From Octopus vulgaris (Eukaryota), in the NCBI GenBank assembly GCA_951406725.2, contig OX597837.1, positions 4,340,001 through 4,404,000 on the forward strand: 64,000 nt of DNA, given 5' to 3'. Shown one piece after another: positions 1 to 12,122 of this stretch. Within the stretch, counting starts at the first letter, position 1, and each line of letters starts with the position of its first letter. The notes beneath the pieces were generated by a model. It did no database searches. It had not been told where the DNA came from and worked only from the letters and a program-made list of their open reading frames with translations. Both the position numbers and the translations under genes were made by a program.

Positions 1-80
1 AGCTATTCATCGCTTTGAAAACACCGGCTAATACACGGTGTCAGGTCTAGTAGTTTCTGAGAAAAAAGGATTATATATAT

Positions 81-160
<80 letters not shown>

Positions 161-163
<3 letters not shown>

Positions 164-300
164 CGGGCTTCTTTTAGTTTCCGTCTACCAAATCCACTCA
201 CAAGGCTTTGGTCGGCCCAAGGCTATAGTAGAAGACACTTGCCCAAGGAGCCACGCAGTGGAACTGAACCCGGAACCATGTGGTTGTTAACGAAGCTACA
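161..300 (-). mobile_element. tRNA-derived SINE family A, partial (head/core)
   Basis: Reverse complement of GGTTCCGGGTTCAG..CCTTGGGCAAGTGTCTTCTACTATAGCC..GGATTTGGTAGACGGAAACT; more than 12 copies in the window; abuts (TA)n. Confidence 0.8.
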
Positions 301-428
301 TCCTACTATTTATAGATAATTTATATTAAAACTAAATTGCAAAACTAAAATATTTGGTTTTCACCGAACACTGGTATAAACCGGAAGACTAAGATGCTAG
401 CATCTCTTAAAGGATTATAGGTCCTTTG

Positions 429-462
<34 letters not shown>

Positions 463-574
463 AAATGGCTTTTTGCAAAATTTCTATCCACAAAATATAG
501 GGGCCCTACAAATACGTTTTGGGACTGAAACCGAAACCATTTGGATGTGAAGCGAAACTTCTTAACCACATAGA

Positions 575-904
575 ATGAAATGCAAATTTGAGCTCGGCGA
601 AATTTGAACTCAAAACGTAAAGACGGACGAATTGTCTCTTACCATTTCGCCCGGTATGCTATGGATTTTGCCAGCTCGCCATCTTAATGATAATGATTAC
701 AAATTTTGGCCCAAGGACAACAAGTTCGGTGAAGGAGTAAGTGGATTGCGTGAACCCCAGTGTTCAATTGGTACTTATTTCATCGACTCCAAAAGGATGA
801 AAGATAAAGACGACCTCGGCGAAATTTGAACTCAGAACGTAAGGACTGACGAAATGCCTCTTTGCTTTTTGCCCGTCGGGCAAACGATTCTGCCGATCGC
901 CACC

Positions 905-907
<3 letters not shown>
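575..907 (-). mobile_element. Two adjacent SINE family B copies (tRNA head, Meta-domain-like core)
   Basis: Reverse complement of AAGGYGGCGAGCTGGCAGAA..GTTCTGAGTTCAAATT..GAGGTCG..TTTCATCCTTT..GTCGAT..AAGTACC, matching other B copies. Confidence 0.7.
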
Positions 908-976
<69 letters not shown>

Positions 977-979
<3 letters not shown>

Positions 980-1533
980 GCCCTGATGCAGTACCAGGCA
1001 GTGGCTCTCATGGCTTCTGATCTTAACTGATTGGAAGTGTTATCATGTACATTGTTTTGCCTTGGTATAAAAGATGGGCTACAGCAAATATTCTGCTCAA
1101 TACCACAGATTTGCTTGTCAGTTGTTTGACCTTAACCAGTTGAGCATGTCCCTTTGTGGCTGACGATATGTGCATCTCTGATCGCGAGCAGAAGTAATGG
1201 GGGAGCATCATAGCCATGTGTTGAGAGGGATTCTTTGGGGTTTGAATAATTCACCTCTGGAAACATGGGTGGTTCTTTCAACATCCTTAAACGACCCTTA
1301 TTCAGGGACCGTTTGAGTGGGATGGGCTACTCGACCTGAAGAAAATTCTAACTGGGCCCCACCTGCAAGGTCATGTGCTGTTTATCTTGATATGAGATCA
1401 CCATGTCGTGCACATATGGTTGTGATGCATGTGCCTGGTGTACCCTTATCAGATGGGTAGTCATGATGGGTATACTGGGCTTCGTATATTGTACCCCAGT
1501 GTCACTTTAATGGCATGAACTGCTCTCTCACTC
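977..1533. mobile_element. ~556-bp non-coding interspersed repeat embedded in (AAT)n on both sides
   Basis: Closely similar second copy at 56098-56652 with the same ends (AATGCCCTGATGCAG...CTCTCACTC); both copies flanked by AAT arrays. Confidence 0.85.
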
Positions 1534-1564
<31 letters not shown>

Positions 1565-2029
1565 TTTTAAAAGGATTGACGTAACTCTTCACAAGACGAA
1601 GAGCGCGATTCGTTTGTAAGATATTTTATTGGTTGAAGGATATTTCGACATTAAGTCTGTCTTTGTCAAGTTCAAAATAAGAAGTGATAAAAAATCAAAA
1701 TTATAGAAATTTAAACGTTAAAGTATGAACGAGAGCAACCAGCGTCCACGCGTTGATGGAACGACATCATCAGTTTTTAAGTTACAATTTTATAACAGGC
1801 GAAAAGAAAAAGACAGAAAGAAGACGACAGAAAAAAAAAGAGGAAAGAAAAAAGAGAAGAAGAAGTATATTTAATCAGACAGTTCTGTATATATTTGATG
1901 ATATTCTCCTGTCATCTTATTCATTCCTCCAGGGCGTGATGTTAATAATCTCCAAGCATATTTCTCCCCATGCATTATGAAAAGTGAAAGCTAAGCAGAT
2001 TCGGAATATTTTCTGAGAATATTCACTTT

Positions 2030-2880
2030 CAAGTCTTCTTCAAAACTGCAGCCGCTTGAAACGAAATGTTCGGCAATTTCTGTCGAACTACAGTTTATTA
2101 TGCCTTACGTCGAGTCTGTGCCCATTAAACCTTTTATTTAATTGTTCTGTTGTACAACCAACATAAATCAAGTTGTATTTCGTACACTCTGCCGCGTACA
2201 CCAAATGGGAATATCTACATGTCCCACCTTATGTATAAATCGTAACATTTCTCTTATGATTTGTGATAGAATTCACATCATGTTGTTGCACAATGAACAG
2301 GGCTTATTTCTCTAGCGACTCTTTTTCAAGGTCCAGCATGCAGATACTCCAATGTTCGTTTTCTTGGAGTCAGAAATGGAGGTCAATAATTCTCTTATAT
2401 TCTCATTCCGTCTAAAGACTACAAAAGGCGGCTGAGGAAATGTCTGTTTGAAAAGAGGATATTTTATCGCCATATGCCGGTAACTTTCATGCAATACTTT
2501 TGAAATGACAGCGAAATTTCAGTGCCAGTTAATCACTAAAGGAATTCTGTCACATATTGTATTGTTTTTGCTAACATTATGCGTGGAGTTTTGACTATCT
2601 TTGCTAATCTTAGCTATTTCATTTGCTCTTAGCTATTTTATTTTCTCTTAGCTATTTCATTTGCTATTGCCTTTAATCGCGATTCACAGTAACCGCGTAT
2701 GACATAATGATATACAAAAGCATTTGCATGTTTCCAGTAATCCCCTATGTCAGTAAAAATCCGCTTTATCCTCAAAAATTGGGATTTCAGATTTAACCGA
2801 ATAATATGTGGATGATTGGAGCGGCGGTGGAGATAAATGTAGGAAGAGGTGGGCTTGCAAAATAACTCTGACACTATTCT
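2030..2880 (-). pseudogene. Penelope-like element relic: RT C-terminal region, linker and GIY-YIG endonuclease
   Basis: KPTSSYIYLHRRSNHP..SQFLRIKRI..RGY (ORF 2638-2874), PPFVVFRRNENIRELL (ORF 2312-2494), and LVYAAECTKYNLIYVGCT..RFNGH read by hand at about 2110-2210. Confidence 0.85.
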
Positions 2881-3174
2881 GCCTAAGTTTTGTAACTGAT
2901 CTCATTTGCAACAGATTACAAAACCTTTGGTTTCTTCATCATCTCTTCTAGCAAAGAAATGAGCTGATGAGTTTTTTAACTTTGAAGGAGTATTTATAAA
3001 TCCGGCTTTTCTTTTCCTTCATTCCTGGAATCATTTGCTTCGTGTCAGATTAAATAGAAAAATAGACATAAATAGTGTATATCACCGTGATCACCGTGAT
3101 CGACCAGGCCATCAGATGTTGTTACACATCGCTGGTCACAATGCGCTTCGCATTGTTTTAGCCTTCAAATGACT

Positions 3175-3330
3175 TCGTCTGCCGTTACGTTCTGAGTTCT
3201 AATTCCGCCGATGTCCACTTTTCATCTTTTCAGGGTCGATAAATTAAGTATCAATGAAACACTAGGGGCGATGTAATCGACCATCCCCATCCCCCAATTT
3301 TTTAGGCTTTGTGCCTATAGCAGAAAGGCT
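3175..3330 (+). mobile_element. SINE family B, 5'-truncated, with CCCC..CTTTGTGCCTATAG tail type
   Basis: CGTTACGTTCTGAGTTC..GGGTCGATAAATTAAGTA..GATGTAATCGAC. Confidence 0.7.
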
Positions 3331-3472
3331 TATACATATATATATATATATTACATATATAATTAATCAATATAGGGTGGCAAAAAAAAAAAAAAAATTT
3401 TGTAGAATTCTTTTGCCACCAGCGGCCTAGTGGGAAAAAATTAAATAGTCATAAACCATTTTTAAGTTCAAC

Positions 3473-3683
3473 ATCAACAATCAAGGAACGGCCATAATAT
3501 TCACCCACTAGAAATAACAGCCAAAAGCTTTAACCGCAAAATAACGTTAATTCCGTAAACCAGGAGAAAATTGAAAAACATTGAAAAACATTTACCCTCT
3601 GGTTTACGGAATTAACGTTATTTTGCCTTAAACTTTGGCTGTTATTTCTAGTGGGTGAATGGCCCCGTTCCTTGATTGTTGAT
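3473..3683. repeat. Long inverted repeat, ~90-bp arms with ~35-bp spacer
   Basis: 3473-3563 is the near reverse complement of 3599-3683. Confidence 0.9.
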
Positions 3684-3687
3684 ATAT

Positions 3688-3730
<43 letters not shown>

Positions 3731-3877
3731 CCTCCTCCCCTTCCTTCTCCCCTCCTCTCTCCCCACCCTCCTCTCCTCTTCCCCCTCTCCTCACCCTCTC
3801 CTCCTCCCCCCCTTCTCCCCCCTCTTCTCCTCACTACACCACACGACTTCACACATCACATCATATATGATGTGCCA

Positions 3878-4220
3878 TACTAATACATACACCAACTAAT
3901 ACATACTAATACGTACTAATACATACTAATACATACTAATACATACACCAACCCTATACATACACACGTCCAGACCCCTCATACGCACTTATACTCTCTC
4001 ATACACACACACACACACACACTTATACATACTAATACGTACTAATACATACTAATACATACTAATACATACACCAACCCCATACATACGCACGTCCACA
4101 CCAATCCTACGCACTAATACTCTCTCATACACACACACACACACACACACCCTTATACATACTAATACATACACCAACCCTATACATACACACGTCCAGA
4201 CCCCTCCTACGCACTATTAG
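3878..4220. repeat. Compound tandem repeat, ~125-bp units built from ACATACTAAT and CA runs
   Basis: Repeated ACATACTAATACATACACCAACCCYATACATAC.CACGTCCA. Confidence 0.75.
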
Positions 4221-4313
4221 CTGGTCCTTCAACCATATTATCAACCCTATTATCTCCCCTTATTTCGCTCTCACGTCTCATGTTTGATCTTTGACCTCTG
4301 GCCGAAATCAGAT

Positions 4314-4527
4314 CGCCATGTTGATTCGTTAGCTACTGCACGCATTTTTTTTCTCTCCTTCTTTCTGTGTTTTTTTTCTGTCTGTGTATCTTTCTGTTGA
4401 AGAGCGTAGGCTCGAAACGTTAAAGACTTGTTTTATTTATATTTCCTGAGCGCCATACTAATACAATTGTTCGTTTGTTTTCCACCTGCCATCGTCTTTT
4501 GTCTATTTTCATAAAGCTTCCCGTTAT
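4314..4527 (+). mobile_element. ~210-bp non-coding element H2 with minimal hammerhead-like motif (4389-4426)
   Basis: TCTTT-CTGTTGAA-GAGC GTAG GCTC-GAAAC-GTT-AAAGA; related copies at 14457, 48240 and 50831. Confidence 0.7.
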
Positions 4528-4534
4528 ATATATA

Positions 4535-4812
4535 TCACCGTGACCGACCAGACTATCAGATGTTGGTTCACATTCTTTTAGTCTTCAAATGACGCCACCC
4601 CGCTGGCTAAGCGAGCAGGCCAACAGAAGAAAGAGTGAGAGAAAGTTGTGGCGAAAGAGTACAGCAGGGATCGCCACCATCCCCTGCCGGAGCCTCGTGG
4701 AGCTTTAGTTGTTTTCGCTCAATAAACACTCACAACGCCCGGTCTGGGAATCGAAACCGCGATCCTACGACCGCGAGTCCGCTGCCCTAATCACTAGGAC
4801 ATTGCGCCTCCA
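4535..4812 (-). mobile_element. tRNA-derived SINE family C
   Basis: Head GGAGGCGCAATG.CCTAGTG.TTAGGGCAGCGGACTCGCGG..GGTTTCGATTCCC with A- and B-box-like motifs; copies at 43420 and 43750. Confidence 0.8.
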
Positions 4813-5286
4813 CAAATAGTGTATATAGTGTATAATAAATGAGTAAAGAAGTACATTCCTTACTATTGTGTTTTTAACATTGTATTGTCTAATCTATCCC
4901 TCTAATCTTTTCAAGATGATCGTGGGTTTGTCGTTTAGCTCTAGAACCCGCTCTGAATGCACCGACTTACGATGGAAAGTATTGCATCTATGAATACCAA
5001 CAACATCCTTTTTGTTTTTTAATCATAGCTTCTCTGGGTCTGCTTACGTAATCTGTCTTTTTCTTTTCTACTTACTGAAGAATGTAGGAAGTGTGTATAT
5101 TGAAGGAGATTTGGTTACAATTTATAGCAGGTCGAGCAACTTGATAGAAGTCCCTACTTGAAGTCAAATTATTTGTAAATGTAAAGCGATTGAATCGATT
5201 TGTTTAATTTGAAAACAGACAATGTGAGTCGTCTGGAGAATTTCTATAAATGGCGAAGCCATAAACAAAGAGAACGAGGGACAGGG

Positions 5287-5348
<62 letters not shown>

Positions 5349-5499
5349 TGAGAAAGAGAAAAGAAAAACTTCGCCTTTCGTTTCCACTTAGATTCCTCTA
5401 TTCAATATTTATTGTTTCTGGTTAGTTATCAATTAACGAAAGACAATATGGAGGCGCCAAACTATGGAGAAGAAATTATGCATACACACACAATATTCA

Positions 5500-5585
<86 letters not shown>

Positions 5586-5703
5586 GATAGATAGATAGAT
5601 AGATAGATAGGTAAATAGATATACATATATATATATGTTTATGTATGTATATATGTGATAATATATGTGTGTATATATATGTGTGTATATATATGTGTGT
5701 ATA

Positions 5704-5748
<45 letters not shown>

Positions 5749-5777
5749 GTATGCATATATATGTATGTATGTATGTA

Positions 5778-5819
<42 letters not shown>

Positions 5820-5947
5820 TTATATATAAATATATATTGTGCAAGACATTGTAGATCTTTAGCTGGGCTAAAAAGTCACATTCGATCACAGCACCAGTAA
5901 CAGTTAAGCTTCGTGCAATGGCCATACTCGATAACGAGGGGGTAGCC

Positions 5948-6000
<53 letters not shown>

Positions 6001-6008
<8 letters not shown>

Positions 6009-6646
6009 AATATTACTTTATAAAAATATGGTAAAGTAAAGTGAATTCTTTTACTTTACCATATTTTTATAAAGTAATATTTCTGATATACCGTAAATGG
6101 TCGTTTTACATACCGAACACTGCTCGGTCAAATTAATTATTAATTAATTAATTTTACCCTTTTTTATTGACAATATAATACTTTCTCCCTAAAAATTTTA
6201 ACTACAGTTTTGCCTCTGTAGGAATGCACAACTCCGTAACTCATGTGGGTGGACGGGGACAATGCTAGATCTCATTTGTATTTTTGAATTCGCTGGTACT
6301 GGTGGTCGGACATAGTTTGTCCGGTGTTAATCATATCGGACGGGTATGTTTTGATTTTTAGTACTTTCAAATCCAAATCAGAAGAAATCTCGGAGCTGAT
6401 GAAGGAAATGATGGCGTTTATGGCCAACTAATCCAGAAACAGGCTTGTCCTCGGGTGATCTCATAGGGATGTGATCTTTCGTTGATTTTCCCTTATATCT
6501 ATGTGAGTTATTTCTGAGTATGCATTGTCTGGGAGATTTTTCTTGCAGTAGAAGAAATAGCCAAATTTTTGGCTGCTATTTCTAAAAAGCTCGGTATGTG
6601 GTAAAGTAAATTATTTTACTTTACCATATTTTTACAAAGTAAGATT

Positions 6647-6654
<8 letters not shown>
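6001..6654 (+). mobile_element. Non-coding Penelope-like terminal structure in (TA)n: inverted and direct 40-bp end repeat plus hammerhead motif
   Basis: Perfect 40-bp inverted repeat 6001-6040/6050-6089; same 40-mer repeated at 6615-6654; hammerhead at 6393-6452. Confidence 0.65.
6393..6452 (+). ncRNA. Type I hammerhead ribozyme motif with GUC cleavage triplet
   Basis: GAG-CTGATGA(A)-GGA...TCC(A)-GAAAC AGGCTT GTC-CTC: intact core, stems I, II and III identifiable. Confidence 0.6.
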
Positions 6655-6711
<57 letters not shown>

Positions 6712-7030
6712 TATATATATGTATGTATATATGTGTGTGTAGTAACTAGACAAACTACACATGGCCTAACCTCAAAGACCAGATCTCAATTTGTTTTCTC
6801 GAGGTATTTATTCTCTAGAACTGATAGGGAACTAGTTGGGACCATGCCCGGTATCAGTATGTAATAAATAAATATCTATTAAGAAATAATATCTATTGTT
6901 CTCCTACGTGTATGTATGTATGTAAGCATGTATTTATTTATGTATGTATGTATGTGTATGTATTTATGTAGGTAAGTATGTGTATATATATGTGTATTAT
7001 ATACATTAAATATATATGTATGAGTGAGTA

Positions 7031-7074
<44 letters not shown>

Positions 7075-7273
7075 CTTTTATTCTTTTGTTTGTCATTTCA
7101 CTGCGGCCATACTTGAGCACCGCCTTAAGGTGAGTTTTATTCGAAGAAATCGACCCCAGGACGTATTTTTGGTAAGCCTAGTACTTATTCTATCGGTACT
7201 TTTGCCAAACCGCTAGTTTACATGGGCATACACATTCCAACATCGGTTGTCAAGCGATGGTATGTGTGTCGAG

Positions 7274-7315
<42 letters not shown>

Positions 7316-7321
7316 CATACA

Positions 7322-7415
<94 letters not shown>

Positions 7416-7418
<3 letters not shown>

Positions 7419-7572
7419 TGATCTGCCCCACCTTTTTTTTTGTTCACGATTCCTTTTCATCGGAATTCGCCCCCCACCTTTTTCCTTTTCACGATCCTTT
7501 TTGATCGGAATTTGCCCCCATTTTTTCCTCCTTTTGTTCGTCTTCTGTCCCTTCTGTGTGGCCATTAGAGAA

Positions 7573-7575
<3 letters not shown>
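7416..7575 (+). mobile_element. Tx1-like 3' terminal fragment between (ATCT)n and (ATGT)n
   Basis: CGATCCTTTTTGATCG and CCCTTCTGTGTGGCCATTAGAGAAAT resemble the 3' UTR and end at 33537-33655; internal ~46-bp duplication. Confidence 0.55.
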
Positions 7576-7605
<30 letters not shown>

Positions 7606-7672
7606 TGTATGTATGTATGTATTATGTATGTATCTATCTATCTATCTCTCTATATGTCTATCTAAATGTAAG

Positions 7673-7706
<34 letters not shown>

Positions 7707-8418
7707 TGTTTGTATGTATGTATGTATGTATATATGTGTGAGTGTGTGTATAACTGGTTAAATGTGTTGGCAACCATTAGGAGTCATTCGTGACTTTCGG
7801 CTGGGTACGTAGTTACACCTATTGACCTCTGATGATATTTCATCTGTTAACTATTGATTTCATGTAGGCCACTGTTTATACACATTACCATCTATTTACG
7901 TCTGATCTTGTTCATTTGTCAATTCTTGTGCTTCTAGTTCGAAATTTATTTTCAACTTGATTAATGCGATTCACTTTTACAGATTTCTATCGTTGTATTA
8001 TTATAGTGTCATGTAGTTGTATGGAAGAGCTAAGGGGCAGAAAATGTGTGAGTGCTTTCGAAGTTTTAAATATATGTTCGATAGGATGACAAGATAAAGA
8101 AAAGAACAACAGCTCAACGAATAGACATGCCTTTTATGAATTGTTGCAAATGATACGGCGATGGCAACACCGCAAGGAACGACTTATGAATAGATTCTTA
8201 AGAGGCTGGCAGTATTTCAGCTGGATCATCTTCCTGAAAGAAATATGCTGAGCGAGGGCATTGTGCTCGTGTTGTCATTAACGTCATGGCATCACTTATA
8301 TCGGCTCCGCCATCATGAATAGCCTCCTTTGAGCGCTTGACATCTGATATAGCGAAAAACAGTAACTGCACTAGCTCGGCAAAGAACACACACACACACA
8401 CACACATATATATAAATG

Positions 8419-8583
8419 TCACCGCGTGTGTACCGTTGGCGATTTTTTTCCTCTGTCTTTCCTTTGGATCTTTCCTTCTATGTTTCCGACGAAGAGCTTT
8501 CCGTCTATCCTGAGCGTCCAATAATACAATATTTGTTCCACGTCCTCGCGTTGTTGTGTTTTTTTGTGCTTTCTTGTTTGGAT

Positions 8584-8589
<6 letters not shown>
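8419..8589 (+). mobile_element. Short element H1, hammerhead 3' half deleted
   Basis: Matches 37953-38136 and 49706-49912; ends at (TA)n. Confidence 0.75.
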
Positions 8590-8638
<49 letters not shown>

Positions 8639-8998
8639 ATAGGCGCAGGCGCGTCTTTATAGGTGCAGGTATGACTTTACAGGCACAGGCAGGGTTGTGT
8701 GGTAAGAAGATATATATATATATACTGAAACAAGTAAAAGAAAGCTTACACAAACATACACAAACATACACACATACACAACGTCCCATGTGGTAGGCTT
8801 GAAAACTGCTAAGAAATATCTCTCCTAGCAATCAAGTGAAGCTTGGTTAACGCACAAATACAAAATATATATCCACCAATGCGTTGTGGTCTACCTCGTT
8901 CTCATTGTATAGTGGCTGTGTGGTAAGACTTCTGCCCCGACATCCGAAACTCTGAGTTTTATTATGGCAACCGACTAAATGTCACATATGTTATATAT

Positions 8999-9565
8999 AT
9001 TGGGTTGTCAGGAAAGTTCGTGCCGATTTTTAAAAGAAAGAAAAAGGTCAATAAATACTTGCCATTACATTTTTAATCAACCAAATATGAACCATTTTGT
9101 TGCACAATGCGTCTCCATCTTTTCTTTAAATGAAAATACCCTCTTCCCAGAATTGAAGGGGTTTCATGGCGAAGAATTCATCAAGGTATCTTTTTACGTC
9201 ATCCAAGGAATTGAAATTTTTACCATTAAGACTATTCTGCAGAGACATGAATAAGTGGAAATCCGAAGGAGCAATATCTGGTGAATATAGAGGGTGGGGT
9301 AACACATCTCAGCCGAGCTGAAAAAGTTTTATCTGGTTCCCAAATCATCAAGTGCCGAAAATGAACTTTCTTATCTTCCATTTAATAGGGTTACAGAATT
9401 AAAACAGGTTATAGGAACATAAACCTTCTTCCACGAAAAGATAGCTTAAACTGTGCCCTAAATGGAGGTGTAGTCAAATCGTTATTTTATGAACTCAACC
9501 ATGTTCTAAAATAAGTGGAAAGGTAAGCTACTATAAATCGGTACGAACTTTCTGGACAACCCAAT
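8999..9565 (-). mobile_element. Internally deleted mariner element
   Basis: TIRs ATTGGGTTGTCAGGAAAGTTCGTGCCGATTT / AAATCGGTACGAACTTTCTGGACAACCCAAT with TA flanks; minus strand encodes HPLYSPDIAPSDFHLF..SLQN..F..W (mariner YSPDLAPSD motif). Confidence 0.9.
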
Positions 9566-9788
9566 ATATATAGAGAGAGACAGATGAGTGAAACAAGTAA
9601 AAGATAATTCAAATAACTCATCTTGATATACAACGCTGCTTTGAATCTCTTTACGTGGAAATGAAGTTTGAAAACATGTCTTTACAGAAGGTCATCTTCA
9701 AAGAAAATTCTTTGTTATAACGTTAAAGAAACAAAACCAAGCATTCGCAACAAGCTGTCTAAAGCATATTACTTCGACTTTTATATTT

Positions 9789-9789
9789 G

Positions 9790-9830
<41 letters not shown>

Positions 9831-10082
9831 CGTGGTTGTAGTGGTGGTGGTGGTGGTGGTGGTGGTGGTGATGGTGGTAGTAGTAGTAGTGGTGGATTTG
9901 GTGGTAGTGGTGGTGGTGGTAGTAGTAGTAGTGGTGGTGGTGGTAGTAGTGGTAGTAGCAGCAGTAGTAGTAGTAGCAGCAGTAGTATTAGTGGTAGTAG
10001 TAGTAGTAGTAGTAAGAAGTAGTAGTAGTATAGTAGTAGTAGTAGTAGTAGAAGTAGTAGTAGTATACTAGCAGTAGTACTG

Positions 10083-10155
<73 letters not shown>

Positions 10156-10171
10156 TAGTAGTAGTAACAGG

Positions 10172-10203
<32 letters not shown>

Positions 10204-10216
10204 CAGCAGTAGTAGT
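9789..10216. repeat. Compound (GTA/GTG/GCA)n trinucleotide array
   Basis: Direct inspection. Confidence 0.95.
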
Positions 10217-10455
10217 CGAAGCAACACTACTCCGTGCAGCCAAAATACAGCAGTGTCCATATGTAAAAACAAACGCATATAAAAGACTCTGGATGTCTCT
10301 CTGTTTGGTAACTTCCATTATGTCGCAGTTTACTAGAAGAAAAGAAGAAACAAAAAGACGAAAGAAAAATTCAGTAAATCTTGAATTTATGAAAGATAAC
10401 CTGAAACGTGGACGTCTTTTGACGAAGTACATTACCGTTGCCAGCTGTTTTATTG

Positions 10456-10500
<45 letters not shown>

Positions 10501-10809
10501 GTTTAAATATTTGTTGTGCAAATATATATACTTCAGCATATTCTGTTATTTTTACCCTTGATATATGTTTTCAACGTTGAACACAAGCTATTAACTTGGA
10601 TTCTTTCTGTTAAAATTGCTTTCGAAGTACATTTTTTGCAATGCAATATGGTCGGAATTGTCGTGACGGTGTCAGTTTGTTGATGTGCTGTTACGATAAA
10701 TGAAAACTGTTTGATATATGACGAAAACGGGGATATTCACTTTACTGCATTTGCCTCACGTGTCAAACGTTCGCATGGCGTCCCTGCAAAAATATAATTA
10801 CGTATGTAT

Positions 10810-11216
10810 TCTTTTTAATTCTTTTACCTATTTCAGTCATTTGACTGCGGCCATGCTGGAGCACCGCCTTTAATCGAGCAACTCGACCCCGGGACTTATT
10901 CTTTTGTAAGCCCAGTACTTATTCTATCGGTCTCTTTTGCCGAAACGCTAAGTAACGGGGACACAAACACACCAGCATCGGTTGTCAAGCAATGCTAGGA
11001 GAACAAACACAGACACACAAACACATACACGCATATATATATACATATATACGACGGGCTTCTTTCAGTTTCCGTCTACCAAATCCACTCACAAGGCATT
11101 GGTCGGCCCGAGGCTATAGTAGAAGACACTTGCCCAAGGTGCCACGCAGTGGGACTGAACCCGGAACCATGTGGTTGTTAAACAAGCTACCTACCACACA
11201 GCCACTCCTGCGCCTA
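10810..11216 (-). mobile_element. Full-length SINE family A
   Basis: tRNA-like head GGCGCAGGAGTGGCTGTGTGGTA, core, internal TA/TG run, tail GGTGCTCCAGCATGGCCGCAGTCAAATGACTGAAA. Confidence 0.9.
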
Positions 11217-11222
11217 TGTATG

Positions 11223-11581
11223 CAGTGGTTCTCAACTAATTTTTGCTTTTATTTATTTATTGACCCCTTCGTTTACTGTTTCACTCTGGTGGACCCCCAT
11301 AGCTATTCGATATTTAAAGACTGATCCTAAAGATACACCTTTCAAAATTCCTGTCCATATTTTGTTTTTCACACATTCTCTGAGAGAACATGTTTTATTG
11401 GCCGGAAACAGATTTAAAAACGTAATACGTTAGAGAACGAAACATAACTGGCTTCTTGCAAGAAATACATCGAAAGCCATTTTTTGACGAGTCTTTAAAA
11501 CACTTCTGTAGATTTCCAATTAGCTGTTTTGCTTGCGTAAGCACCAGAAAATCATAGAGGCACCCCGGTTGAGAATTGCTG
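11223..11581. mobile_element. hAT/Charlie-like MITE
   Basis: Ends CAGTGGTTCTCAAC / GTTGAGAATTGCTG with GTGGACCCC subterminal motif; 8-bp TSD not preserved. Confidence 0.5.
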
Positions 11582-11730
11582 CTTTAACAGCCGACAATTT
11601 AGCCTGAAATTTACCAGATGTAATACCATCGCACAAATAAAAATATAAACGTGACCCCTAGTCAATACAAAACCTACAACCACAAATATTTTCCGTTCTC
11701 CAAAGAGAATTCTTTTTTAGCCATACATAC

Positions 11731-11786
<56 letters not shown>

Positions 11787-11889
11787 TAATTATAATAAAG
11801 GGTTAATTGCAACAAGTTGCTCAAAACCACATACCTAAAATATTAGAAATGGCAGCCAAATAGGTCAAAATATAGATGCGCCTTTTTAA

Positions 11890-12122
11890 AGACTAGCCAG
11901 GCTCATGGGCCCGGTTTCCCGGTTTCTATGGCGTATGTGTTTCCCAACTGGACGGCACGCCAGTCCATCGCAGCGTTACTCCTTTTTGCTAGCTGGGTCG
12001 ACTGGAGCAACGTGAAATGAAGTCTTTTGCTCAAGAACACAACGCGTCGCCCAGCCCATGAACCGAAATCACAATCTTACGATCATGACGCTTGACACCC
12101 TAACCACTAAGCCAGCCCCACC
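11890..12122 (-). mobile_element. tRNA-derived SINE family D with V-domain-like body
   Basis: TGGCTTAGTGGTTAGGG..GTTGTGTTCTTGAGCAA..TTCACGTTGCTCCAG..CTGCGATGGACTGGCGT.CCGTCCAG..GAAACCGG. Confidence 0.7.

Noticed and set aside
4735-4812. Genuine tRNA gene
   Set aside because: The tRNA-like head runs directly into a SINE body repeated elsewhere; no proper acceptor stem or terminator.
9698-10580. Long ORFs with poly-T/L/V/P tracts
   Set aside because: Translations of GTA/GTG trinucleotide arrays; no domain or splice evidence.
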